A program made the position numbers and the translations under genes. A DNA stretch of 62,988 nucleotides, the filler included, from Phoronis australis (lineage: Eukaryota > Animalia > Phoronida): NCBI GenBank assembly GCA_002633005.1. It is 5 parts of 5 records of this genome, joined end to end, with 100 filler letters (N's around TTAATTAATTAA, not from the genome) between each part and the next. Parts side by side here need not be neighbours in the genome. Positions count along the whole stretch, not along the records: positions 33,645 to 54,910 come from NMRA01001413.1; positions 55,011 to 57,055 come from NMRA01003880.1; positions 57,156 to 62,988 come from NMRA01000395.1; 2 more parts are not named here. One strand, 5' to 3'. A model generated the notes under the pieces. The model was not told the origin of the DNA. It worked only from the letters and a program-made list of their open reading frames with translations, and ran no database searches. Below, in pieces: positions 51,619 through 62,988 of this stretch (positions are counted from its first letter, which is position 1; each line of letters starts with the position of its first letter).

Positions 51619-52955
51619 AAAGTATTGAAATTTGGAAACATCCAGTTGAGAAAACAGATCAAGTTTGAGTCTAACACTGGAATAAAAACGTGCAAAAATT
51701 AGCGACGTTGCGTCCGCATCTCACGGACTTCAGCTTGGCTTTTAACGTTATCGTTATTCTGGACAATTGGTGGCGTTTTAACCAGACGGCGCGGCATTGA
51801 CGTCAGAACATCATCCCATATGTGTGATCAATCGAATCTTAAACCGCCTCTTTTATTTAAATAGGGACTCACAATGAGCTCATGGAGAGCTTCCTTTACA
51901 ACCCTTCTGAACCAGTCTTCTTCAAAGTCTAGGATATTGGCATCATCAGCATTGAAATCATGTCCACAGGCGCACAGGTGGCTAACAATAGCCAAATCAT
52001 AGGTGTCCCCGTATCTAGGACGACGATGTTGTGACATACGCATTTGTATGGACTGCTTCGTTTCACCAACGTAACTGTCTGAGCACTGGGGATCCTTAAA
52101 CTGGGCACCATAGACAACACATGATTTATTACCTTTGGGGGTCTTGTCCTTGACATTAACCAGTTGGCTGATGAGAGAATTAAACAGTTTGTGGATGATA
52201 GAAATGTCAAACTGTTTGTTTAATTGTCCTCTTGAGGCGGTCAGAAAGACCCTGGACGTAGGGAAATCACCACACGAGTACGAGAACTCACATCAGTGGT
52301 TGTCTGAGTGTTTTCTCCTCTCTGGTCTTTCCGCTTTAGTAAACGACCAACGTGGATAACCGCATTTACCAAGAGCGTCTTTAGTGTAATTCAGTTCCTC
52401 AGAAACTTATGCTCGATGTATCACAAATGATGGTGGTAGCTCTGTGGTTCAAAGTGCGAATCACACCCAGCTTGTGGATGAGAGGATGGTTCGAGTCAAA
52501 TTGCAGATAGTGATCAGTGTGAGTATTCTTGCGGTAAACCTTTGTGTCAAATGATCTCCAGTGCTATTGGTGAAACGAAACAGTCCATAAAAATGCGTAC
52601 GTCACAACATTGTCGTCCTAGTAACGGGGACACCTATGATTCGGCTATTTTTAGCCACCTGTGAGCCGTACTATTTCAATACTGATGATGTCACTATCCT
52701 AGACTTTGAAGAAGACTGGTTCAGAAGGGGTGTAAAGGAAGCTCTCTATGAGCGCATTGAGAGTCAGTTTAAGATTCGATTTGTCACACGTATGGGATGG
52801 TGTTCTGACGTAAATGCCCCGCCGTCTGGTCAAAACGCCACCAATTGGAAAGAATGACGTTACAAGCCAAACTGAAGTACATGTACGTAAGATTCGGACG
52901 CAACGTCGCTAATTTTTATAAGCTTTTATTCCAGTATTAGAGTCAAACTTGATCT
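51619..52955 (-). mobile_element. 5'-truncated Penelope-like retroelement with inverted 3' duplicate
   Basis: Minus strand has an RT thumb (KVYRKNTHTDHYLQFDSNHPLIHKLGVIRTL) and GIY-YIG (VVY...YVGETKQS...RMSQHRRP...EEDWFRR.VKEAL). 52563-52956 is an inverted copy of about 51655-52072. Probable TSD gcagttYgaatta at 51606-51618 and 52956-52968. Confidence 0.92.
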
Positions 52956-53294
52956 GCAGTTCGAATTACTTTTTAAACATCACTGAATTTAAAATAAATT
53001 TCTGAACACTTACAGCTATAAATTCATCTGAACGTGTTCGTTTCTGAGGGGAGCAGCGATTGCTGGGATTGAGAAGATCCGACACTTCGCCATTTCTTGA
53101 GACAATAATCGGCGCATATTCGGACACGCCNNNNNNNNNNNNNNNNNNNNNNNNNNNNNNNNNNNNNNNNNNNNNNNNNNNNNNNNNNNNNNNTATACCA
53201 AATGCTCCAAATCAGTTTTGATGTTACACAGGTTTGCCCTTCTCTCTTGAATTCACAAGGTTTGGGCAATCCGAAGGAGTAAAGCTCTTCTCAC

Positions 53295-53471
53295 CTGGAA
53301 GGCATTCCGTTTCTTCACGGAATTTTCCGAGACAGAAGCGTCCTTTGTGGGGAAGTGGCTCGCTGCAATTTCTTGTTCTATGTCTCTTAGCGGAATTGAC
53401 CGTGCAGGACGACCAGCTGGTCCACTGTGACCATCCCCCATAAATATGAGGGGAAAACAAGGCTTCACCCT
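53295..53471 (-). CDS. Internal exon encoding a thrombospondin type-1 (TSP1) domain
   Basis: Acceptor ...tcggcag and donor CAG|gtgaga, 177 nt, phase 1-1. Encodes EGEALFSPHIYGGWSQWTSWSSCTVNSAKRHRTRNCSEPLPHKGRFCLGKFREETECLP, with WxxWxxW and RxRxRxC motifs. Confidence 0.85.
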
Positions 53472-55338
53472 CTGCCGAATAAATCATAAAATGTATTATT
53501 CGGCAGCATAGTAAACGTGATAGAAATAATTGTCCATTCAGTTATACCAGAAAATCAATCGTACCAGGTACATTCGCAATGTTGATTGCAATTGTTCGTG
53601 TTGACTATACTATTATCGAGGTACACTTTTATTGAGAACAAGTCGTCCTAACTTTAAAAAGAAATACTTGCCGTAGGGGAATCCATATATTTCAAACCGC
53701 AAGGACTTCCATCCACGGTACGTGAGGGGTCTAATCCTCACGTGCTTAGCTACTTTTGGAAAGTAGAGTCTTTGAATTACCAAATCTCGATCGTTGGTAT
53801 TTCCCTGGAACTACACACGAACTTTGTAAAACAGAGAACGGTTATCCAAAGTGTTCATGATGTGAAGCAGTTATTAACTGTCTTTCTAAGAAAAATGTCA
53901 CAGACTTATGCGGTGTTTCGAAGACATTGATTATCCTATCAGCGTGATAAATGTTAATTATGCATTCAAAATGTGGCATGTCAGATCTCATACGACGGTA
54001 TTTACAGCAGAAGTACGTATGTCGTTCATCATCATCATATCACAGTGCCACATTTACATGTAGGTGGCGCTGAGACCGAGAGTATAATAGCCCTGTGGGT
54101 TCAGAGACCAATACGTGCGGATATCTTTCACTTTTGACCTGGTGACTTAAAACAGGACAGTGCAGTTCTACAAGTCAGGACCTTAGGCCTTGCAAGGTTT
54201 GTGCCCCTGCGCCAATTTTCAAATTAGGCAGTGTTTGTGCGTACATGTAATTCTCAATGTACATGAGTCCTGTCTACGTGCAAAAATTTATAGGAAGTGC
54301 ACAGGACCCAATTTTGAAGACTTTAATGCTAAGTGCATAATCAACAACTAGCATCATATTGAGCATTTGGTCTTGGTCGTTTGTTCTACGCTAGCGCTCA
54401 TGCACATCTATGAAGTTACGTAAATACATGTACGAAAATTGAACACAAAACAATTACACTTCACATGTACGCCGACCATCGTTACAGTATAAGGGTTTTC
54501 TTCACCCTTAGGTGCATTCTCTAGAAAACTTTTACGACAAAATTTATCGAAGTCACACAAAGTTTCGCCAATGAAAGGCAAGTAATTGAAACCCTCTGAA
54601 GTAGAGTAGCAACTTTGGCGCCACTTTTCGGCAATGATGGAATCCACGGTCTTTTAGCATGAGCGAAGAATTCTAATGAAATAGGTTTCTGTTATGGAAG
54701 CGATGATGCCTTCGGATGTTCCCATTTTCAAACGGATTTTACGTAATCTGTGTCTCACGGTGGCCATTTTCATTAATTATAAGTTTGTGTGACTTTCGCT
54801 TCTCTAACAGCAAAACCGCTTGAAAGATTGTTACGGAATTCTCCAGAGGTCCGGTCGCGATGAGCATCCCTGACAATTTTCGGACGGGTAGGACTACTTT
54901 ACGCACGACTNNNNNNNNNNNNNNNNNNNNNNNNNNNNNNNNNNNNNNNNNNNNTTAATTAATTAANNNNNNNNNNNNNNNNNNNNNNNNNNNNNNNNNN
55001 NNNNNNNNNNACGTAAACGCTTAACAGATTTTTAACATCTATGTTTCATAACAGGAGCGTGTTTAACAAGTCTCTGCAGTAAAATATCTACCAGTTTTCT
55101 CCATCAACATGGGGCGTGTTCTCAGGTCGAAAATAATTAGGCACTAGCTTGAGAATTATCTGATTACATGTTTTAATTGCTTAATTTAAAACAAGTAAAT
55201 GTAAATAATTATATTTTAATTGTGTGCCTTTATGTTTTTTATTTGGTTTTCCCATTGACGACCCTTAAGGACAAATAGAATAAAGTACAACAAAAAGTTT
55301 TAATATATGATTGATCATGTCACTGTGCTCTATTTCAG

Positions 55339-55669
55339 AACAAAAGGTTCCTCGACTCCACAATTAGGAAATTAACACCAACGTTAGAAGACCCAGGAGA
55401 CAGTAGGAGAATTTTACACGGTAAGTAACTATTGTATTTGTTGATTGAATGAGGAAGTTAGTAAGTCATACAATCTCTATTTCTGTGGAAGCTCTAATAA
55501 TAGGCAAGAGTCACGCAATTCACAACATTGTACTTTTCGTTTTAGATGTCTTAGATAGACGAAATGTCATCTTGGACAGAACACACGTCTGGCGCTACCA
55601 GTTCTTTGAAAGAACAAAGCATCGTGGTACAAACTTGCAAGCTGTTCTACAGTAAACGTGTGTAATCAG
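55339..55669 (+). other. Pair of exon-like segments (55339-55420 and 55546-55669) with canonical splice sites
   Basis: tatttcag|...cacg|gtaagt and tcgttttag|...tcag|gtaggt. No recognisable protein; possibly UTR or lncRNA. Confidence 0.3.
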
Positions 55670-56077
55670 GTAGGTATCCAATTTAACTTTGTGACAGAAA
55701 GCAAAGAAAATAATGACATTTAAAATTAATACTGATAACATTTTTCTTTTTTTACTTTAAAGGGATATTCATAATTGTCCACAAAACTTCTCATTTTTGC
55801 AACGTTGATAATTTACTGATGCCAACGTTCTTTTTAATGTATACGACGTGTTATTTTGAATCTAGTTGTTTTATGGAGTCTATGCCATTTTATTTCACTT
55901 CAAGTTCTGCTCGTGTCCCTTTTTCAAACAATTGACCTTCAGAATGAATGTGTGTTCCTATAAATTAATGAAAGGTGTCGCTATACAGGGTGGCCCAAAA
56001 GTAACAAGCCACTCTATATTGAAAGCGTACGTACTGTAACTGGGCGCATGAATATTTATGAAAACTACTTAAAACGA

Positions 56078-56298
56078 CATTTATATTTACTTTTTTTCTG
56101 TCTTTTTGTGCATTGAAAAACTTTATTTTGAAAAGTTATAATTTCCATGAACTTTATAAAACAGCCACTCGTAAGGGCCTGTGCCCATATTTATATTTAC
56201 TTTTCTTCTGTATTTTTGTGCATTGAAAAACTTTATTTTGAAAAGTTATAATTTCCATGAACTCTTCAAAAAGCCACTCATAAGGGCTTGTGCCCATT
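56078..56298 (+). repeat. Two-copy tandem duplication (about 111 bp)
   Basis: atttatatttactttt...gaaaagttataatttccatgaact...gccactc.taagggc.tgtgcccat occurs twice. Confidence 0.9.
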
Positions 56299-57154
56299 TC
56301 TCCAAGCTGAAAAGATGCAAGGAATATCGCTTAATTTGTGAATGGAAAGAAATAAACAAAGTTAAAAGTGGAGACGAATATCACCTTCACTGACTACTTG
56401 AAAACATTTACACAGATTTGTGTAAACTAATTTCACCAGCAGCCATATACTCCGTCCCTCGGGATCGTTGACCTCTACAAAGTAATTTTAACTTGTATGT
56501 TTGGTGCTTTAATATTGTAACGTGCTGGCTTAGCGGGGAGCACGTGCCCCTGTAACTTACAAGTGCCAGGATGAAGCCATGGCGACCGCCATAGACATAT
56601 GACAGGGGACAGGAGGCAGTCGAAAAAAGAAAGACACGTCGAAATATGTAGAAGAGAGAAACTTTAAGAGACTATTCGTCAACGGACATTGTTGCATTTA
56701 CCCTTTGAGGGCCCTTAAGACGTTATTTATTAGGGGTAGGGGTATTTTTGCATTTTGCCGTATAGATTGCCTAAGCGTCTGTGAAAACGTTTTCCTAACA
56801 ATATATATTTCGAAAAAATCGATTTGCTCAGATTTTCCAGGTCAAATTAATTCACACCCCACTCTGGCAAGGTATAATGGAGCCATCTGTCCCTCTCTTT
56901 CGTCATATCACTTGCTATAGACTGGGAACCTTACAAAGAGGAGCCCCGATGATATCATCAATTGCTGCTCTATTCCTGTTTTTTGAAATTACACACCCTT
57001 TCATATTTGGGGTCCGCAGTCCTTGGAGGGGGTCCGTTGATGGCATCCATGGCCANNNNNNNNNNNNNNNNNNNNNNNNNNNNNNNNNNNNNNNNNNNNT
57101 TAATTAATTAANNNNNNNNNNNNNNNNNNNNNNNNNNNNNNNNNNNNNNNNNNN

Positions 57155-57905
57155 NGATGACCAGACGACGGACAAGAGACATAATGGGGGCGTGGTGGGA
57201 GGATGTCTTGTTGATAATGTCAACGACAGCACGGTTGTCGCACAGGAAGAGGATCTTGTGGTTGGCGAGCTTTGAACCCCACAGTTCTAGCGCTATGACA
57301 ATCGGAAGGAGTTCCTTGAAGGTGATGTGATGACGTTGCAGGTGCTCGGGCCACGGGCAGGCAAACCAGGAAGCTCCCAATGTCGCAGCAGACCCCCGTT
57401 GGAGTCCGCAGCATCAGAGTACAGTTTGATGGTGTCTGAAGATGTCGAATAGGAACAGTGTTTTCCCATTGAAGCCTCGGAGAAAGATGGACCAAGCCCG
57501 AAGGTCTGCTCTAGCTTCTTTATTGAGAGTGACAAAGTGGTCTGGTCGCGAAATGCCGATGGTGAGGTTGATGAGTCGGCGCAGGAAGGCGCGGCCGGGC
57601 ACGATGACGGAGCAGGCGAAGTTTAGTAGGCCAATGAGGCGAAGTTTAGTAGGCCAATGAGGAGAAGTGACAGAGCGTCGCACCCGAACGGAGTAAGGGG
57701 TCAAGGGTCGAAAGGAAACGAAGAAATGCAAACAAAAAATGAAGAGAACGAACGTAGGTCTTGTAGACGACGAGGTAGGTGGCTGAATGAGAGACCACGT
57801 TGAACAGAACAAATGAAATATGGGCGACCAGTCAGGAGTCGCGTAGAGAAACGTATGAATACAAAAGTAGGCCCTAGAGGCTATAAATAGAGATGAGTAA
57901 TGCAA
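57155..57905 (-). mobile_element. Tyrosine-recombinase retrotransposon fragment (DIRS/Ngaro): RT C-terminus plus RNase H
   Basis: LIGLLNFACSVIVPGRAFLRRL...DLRAW..FL..FNG, LYSDA, HITFKELLPIVIALELWG...FLCDNRAVV. Frameshifted. Joined to a non-coding terminal-like segment at 57660-57905. Cut by a gap. Confidence 0.9.
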
Positions 57906-58599
57906 AATAAACCCTAAGGACTGGTCTCAAAATAAAGAGACAAGTGTCAAAATAATGACGATAAATGCATTTAACAAGTTAAATTTAATTTATCATAAAG
58001 TGTAATTTGCTTGTTAGGAAAACTTTGACGTTAGGAACTTTGCATTCATGTCTTCTTGAAGCCGAAGTTGTGAACGCTGCGCGACGGGCCGCTGTCGAGT
58101 ATGTGTCCCGTATTGGAATGGGCCGTTTAATTTGGTGCAAAATGCGAGGATCTAAGTTACAACACAAATTAGTTTGATTTTTTCGTACAAAGCAATTGTA
58201 TTCAAATTCATCGAAAATTTTATATTAGAAACTTAATTTTCAAAATTATAATTCGCCTTGAAGTCCTGCAACCCGTAGTCGCCGCCATTTTGACTCGGTC
58301 AACCTCACTTGCACAAAAATTAAAAATTTAATAGCAACACAACGTTGTGAGTATCTGCAATAAATTAAAACTATGAAATAATATCTCGATTGCATGAAAA
58401 CATACCGAATTATAAGGATTTGTAATCAATATAACGTTTTAAATTTAATCAAAAATATATTCCGATATGGGGTGCCAGTATCAGAATTCCGTTAGGCCTA
58501 CGGGACGACCCAAATTACAATATTCCGATTTGGCCCGGATTCGCTATACGCCGTGCCGGAACAGGAACACGAAACGTCGAAGTGTGCACTGCAGATCTT

Positions 58600-58720
58600 T
58601 TGTATCCAGCCAGCTAGTTGTTTGAAGACTATTGCCAAAATACAGCTAGGTACAACTTAGACAGCCAGCAAGCTGAGTGAAAACTATATTTAGTAAAGGC
58701 TACAGCTTTGCGCCAAGGGT
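58600..58720 (-). repeat. Diverged fragment related to the right end of the 15.3-kb element family
   Basis: gccagcta...gaagactat...caaaatacagct...tacagctttgcgccaag matches 33826-33893. Confidence 0.6.
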
Positions 58721-59141
58721 GGGTACCATTGTGAGCTGAGCTCCGTTAGACCACGAAATTTCAGACAGGCCGAGTATGAGTTCTATTAGTCACCTCGTCG
58801 TTGAAAATTATATGACAGAGCCAACGACCTGAACGACCAACGGGGTACATGCAAAATCTGGGAGACAATTCCGACACTCACCTTGCCCGTTGCCAGCCTT
58901 TTAAATGAAAAACAATCTAATAAACGTCGCTTCTAGCATAATTCTCCATCTTTTGAGTTTTGTAACAAAGAAAGTCTGTCGTCGTTTTCGTAACAGTAGG
59001 CTCGTGACACGCGCACGCGCCGTCCTAAAATTTTGCGACCTCTCTTAGGAGATGATGACAGCTTCACAGCAGCAAAGTTTGTTCTAAAATTCGGTTTGCT
59101 GGCCTTAAAATTACTAAAAACTTGTAACGAAACATAACGAA

Positions 59142-59420
59142 TATGCGCGCACCCAGCTTTTAATATTGGGGTACTCGAATTTCTGACGGTGTGTACCTTT
59201 TGCTAACAAAAAAGCGGGAGGACTGAAAAAACAATAAAAACGGGAAAACGGGTGCACCACCTTCAGAACTGTGAACTGTGCGTCTGCGCCTTTTTAGTGG
59301 ACTTTTGTCTCGTTTTCTCGGACTTTTTGTTTCCCCGAGGCGGACCTTTTTGCCCACTTCGCCAATTGCGGGGGGTGGGGGCTCGTTCGAGCTCACCGGG
59401 ACCCCCTGGGTGCTCGCATG
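59142..59420 (-). mobile_element. Short TIR MITE (catgcgcgcacc family), copy 2
   Basis: Termini tatgcgcgcaccc ... gggtgctcgcatg with cgaa on both flanks. Inverted homolog of 25805-26032. Confidence 0.75.
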
Positions 59421-59571
59421 CGAAATGAAACCAGTTCCGACAATTTGTTATAACAGGTACGCAACCTTGTGGCAGAGAAGAGCAGTTGATAGAAGACTGA
59501 ACGGGAGCATGTCAGGTCAGGTGACGTAATCGCCGAAAGCCGACTCACAAGAGAGCACAAATTTTTTCATA

Positions 59572-62260
59572 TTTTTATTTTGCTCTAGCATGAAAATTAC
59601 ATGTCACATAAAACAATACAGTATACATCATTTACAAAGAATAACATTAAATTACTAGTCAACAAGTACCGTAACTTTATGAACATTTGGAAATTGAGAT
59701 TTTTTTAACAAACTTTTGGCTAAATATGTAATTTTTTGCTAGCATGATCAACAGATTAATGTTACAATTTTCCGACTGAATGTTTCCTCAAAACTAAAAA
59801 ACACTGTTATTTTGTCGATATGAAAATTTACATGATATGTTTGTTTTAACCACTCAGCAAAAAAGAACCAGAAACCGGAGACAAGACGACACTCCTAAAA
59901 CAGATCGATGAAAGTTTCACTGTGTTCACCACAGAAAGAGCATAAGTCACTTGTTTTTATTTTGATTTTATGTAAATAATTGTTGGTTGGCAATACTCTG
60001 TTAAACGGTATTGAAACCAACGCAAGTTTGTACAATTGAAGGGGAGTTTATTTACTTTTCTCCACCATGTATCAGAGTTACTAAAATTTACATTATTTAT
60101 AACACCGTTTATATCTATCTCAGATGACCACTTGCTTTTATATTTACAAGCTGTCTGAAGAGACTGTACTAAGGTGTCGTAAATATTTACCGCTTGCTAT
60201 TTATTATGCAAAATTTTATAAATACAACGTGGAAAATTTGGTAATAAGATATTGTTTTGTCTATTCTTAAAGGAGCATACCACCCAAAAACAACCTAATT
60301 TGTATCAATTTAGATCGAGTAGTTCTACTCCATAACGACACGTACGGTTGCGTTACCTGACACCTGACGGCAGACGAAGGTGTTGAAATTATCCAATGAC
60401 GTCATCGGTTTCACACGCAGTCTGTTCGAGCAGTTCACAACACGGGTTACTGGTATCAGCTTATCGCTTGAAGTCATCGTTTAACACCAATAAATCATCA
60501 AACTTAGATGTAAAACCCTTAAAAATACACCGATATCTTATAAAAACGTGTTGTTTTATTTCGTTCTTGCGGATTTATTGGTATTTGGACACACCGTAGC
60601 CTACAAAAATCGGCAGGCCAATAAGGTCCGTAGCAGGAGTTTGGGGTCTGTTCGGAGATAATTTCGAAGTATTTTCCGTGAGATACAGACAGGAGAACCT
60701 AGATCTGTGTTGTTTAAAACATGTGATTTTTTTGAGTTCTAAACACAAAACGCTTGTTATCCTCAGTGGCTCGGAGCCCGATCAGGCCCGTCGCGGCCGA
60801 CCGGATTGACTCGAGCTCGTTATCCCGCGGGCCAGTGGCTCGGAAACTGATCAGTCATCACGAACATAACCCAGCCAAAGTTCAGTCAAGAAAATACTAT
60901 ACTAGTTAGCCAAAGTAATGTGCACGTGATTATGTTGTGAATTAGCCACGAAACTGCAAATCTACTTACTCGTCCGAGGCCGCGAATTCACTCGGGTTCC
61001 GCTTTGGCCACAGCAAAGTGAGTGCAGAAGTTGTATATTGACAATCATTATTTGAGTAATGTTATGTAAATAAAGATTCCCCTAACACCTGGCCGTGGGA
61101 TGAAAATCGAGTTGTTTCACAACAGGTTCTGCCAGCAAACACTAAATTAGCATGAGCTCACATGGCCTCGGTGTCCCGTCAATTAGTTTTATTGCACCAA
61201 AAGCTGGTAACGCAGTACATGATTTATTCATTGCTGGCTTCTCAAATCATTTGCACTCACGAACACTCCAAAGGCATTACAAATTGAATCTTATGAGACA
61301 GACTTTGTTTCAGTTTTATATAAGTATTGGTTAGGGTGAGAATAATTCATTTTGAAACAGAACGCTCAGTAATAAACGCCAACATGGCAACTCTCAATCC
61401 CGACTTAGGACGAACTAGAGCTCATCAGTCCTGACTTCGCAGGTGGATCGTTAAGTTATACAGGCTATCAATTCGAACAGTGATGAAGAAATACTAGAGG
61501 CGCCGTGAACAAGCTCAGACAACGGAACGGATGGAGTTATTTGGTAAGCCGGCATTCGTCAGGAACTGTCGACGTCTGCAGGCCACAGACACGGAGATGT
61601 TTCACGGCCTCATACTTGCTATTTACAGCGTACATTTCATTCTTCACTACCATGAGCCACTTCCTAAGCATTCCGGACTCTCGAGGAAGTAATAAAAAAC
61701 GATATACCCGCTTTCCTCGCAGTTCCTTAGTTCGAACAAGCGGGAACACCGCAACACAGCGACGTTCACTCTGCATATGAACCACTGACGTCGCTAACGT
61801 CGTTTCTCACCTTCCTCACAGGTTAATGCGACACCTCTTGGCAAGGTAAGGTCGACCGTATGCGAGGCGATGTGGATATAGTCCGATTAAGACGGCAAAA
61901 AAGACTAATTATATCGGGTGGCATTCTCCTTTAAGACCCCTGTACGCTGCATAGGTTGCACTTCTTAATCCATAGAATTCTAGTATTGGAGGTTGAAAGT
62001 TGTAACTATTACAAAGTTCTTCATATGACATAAAAGAACCTTCAGCATTAAACAAATCACACACACGATAGACTCCCGTTTCATTCCAGGTCTTGTAGAA
62101 AATAGAATTTCTACTGAGTTTAATCTTTGAATTATACCACACAGCAGAGTAAATATTTTCATTTTTGTCACACATTTAAAACAGGAACACAACATCGCTT
62201 AAGACTTCCTTCCAGAACAGATTGTCGGTTCCTTCAGCTATTTTTTAAGGAAAGCGTCTC
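59572..62260 (-). mobile_element. L1/Tx1-like LINE ORF2 3' region, split by a Kolobok insertion
   Basis: VWYNSKIK...FYKTWNETGVYRVCDL (61935-62175), then LRWFQYRL...TNNYLHKIKIKTSDLCSFCGEHSET..LF.EC (zf-RVT-like, about 59880-60030) and LAKNYIF. aataaa at about 59575. Confidence 0.88.
60271..61930 (-). mobile_element. Non-autonomous Kolobok-like DNA transposon with THAP ORF remnant (copy B)
   Basis: Perfect TTAA TSD. TIRs aggagcataccaccc / gggtggcattctcct. ORF 61537-61785 reads RCVAV...YRFLLLPRE..MLRKWL...HLRVCG, which is THAP-like. Confidence 0.85.
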
Positions 62261-62988
62261 CCATTTTAAAAAAAGTTATCAACCCAAAACTGCCTCGAGC
62301 TCTTCAATTTTAGCAGTAGGCCAGATGAGCGGTAGAACGCCGCCAACACCGGTAAATAATTTAGTTTACTCAAAGAAGAGCGGTGTAGCTTTTAAGTATC
62401 AGTCCACGGATCCACCGACCACTGTACAGCCAACAAGCGGCAAGGTGGGGGGTCAGCCATTCAGATCCATGTTTAGTCTGATAAATCACATTAGGGATGA
62501 GAGAAATTGGGTGAAGTATGACACCACAAAGTTTGGTGGTTTAGGCGATACAAGGGAAGTGTTCTGGGGGGCAAAATGAGGTAATTTCTTGATGTGGGAT
62601 GAGTCATTTTTTACCAAATTTACTACTCCAGTTTCTGCTTTAAACAGAATCGTTTCTGAACAATTTTGATATCACATGATAGATTCATGACCAACGTCAG
62701 TAAAAACGTCACCGACACTGAAATATCGGTTACCATGGTAACACTGGGACTGTTTCCGTGGAGGTACATTTCCTTCTTGTGAAAAACCAGCAGTAAGTTG
62801 TGCCCTAATAGCGAAGCTGCCCCCGCGAGAAAACTAAAAATAATAACATGGACATGTAGAAGACTCCATGCCCTTGAAATTAATACAATAAAAACTTTGT
62901 CAGCCCTTCAGGCAAGCTTGGTAATAGGTGTCTGAATTTCACTATTTTCAGACCGCGTATGTGTATTTGTCATGTTAAACCAGTCACT

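Noticed and set aside
53014-53270. Exon following the TSP1 exon
   Set aside because: A donor-like gtaagt lies at about 53008-53013, but an N gap hides the acceptor and frame.
54408-54647. 79-aa ORF as an upstream exon of the TSP1 gene
   Set aside because: No recognisable domain and only weak splice signals.
62127-62579. 150-aa plus-strand ORF
   Set aside because: Partly antisense to LINE sequence, with no recognisable domain.

Overview
AT-rich, repeat-dense eukaryotic DNA from a gapped draft scaffold, most consistent with a marine invertebrate (inferred from the transposon families; the species is not identifiable here). There are no prokaryotic operons and no CRISPR array. Most of the window is decayed, often nested transposons: four LINE fragments, two Penelope-like (GIY-YIG) insertions with inverted terminal repeats and hammerhead-like motifs, a DIRS/Ngaro RT-RNase H fragment, TTAA-flanked Kolobok-like elements with THAP remnants, a Harbinger-like element with a Myb/SANT remnant, and many MITEs. 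Host-gene signal is limited. It consists of one intact thrombospondin type-1 (TSP1) exon, a decayed tandem TSP1 segment, and several isolated signal-peptide-like exons, two of them tandem paralogs of identical length. No complete gene and no clearly novel system can be established from sequence alone. Coordinates were read by eye and may be off by a few bases.
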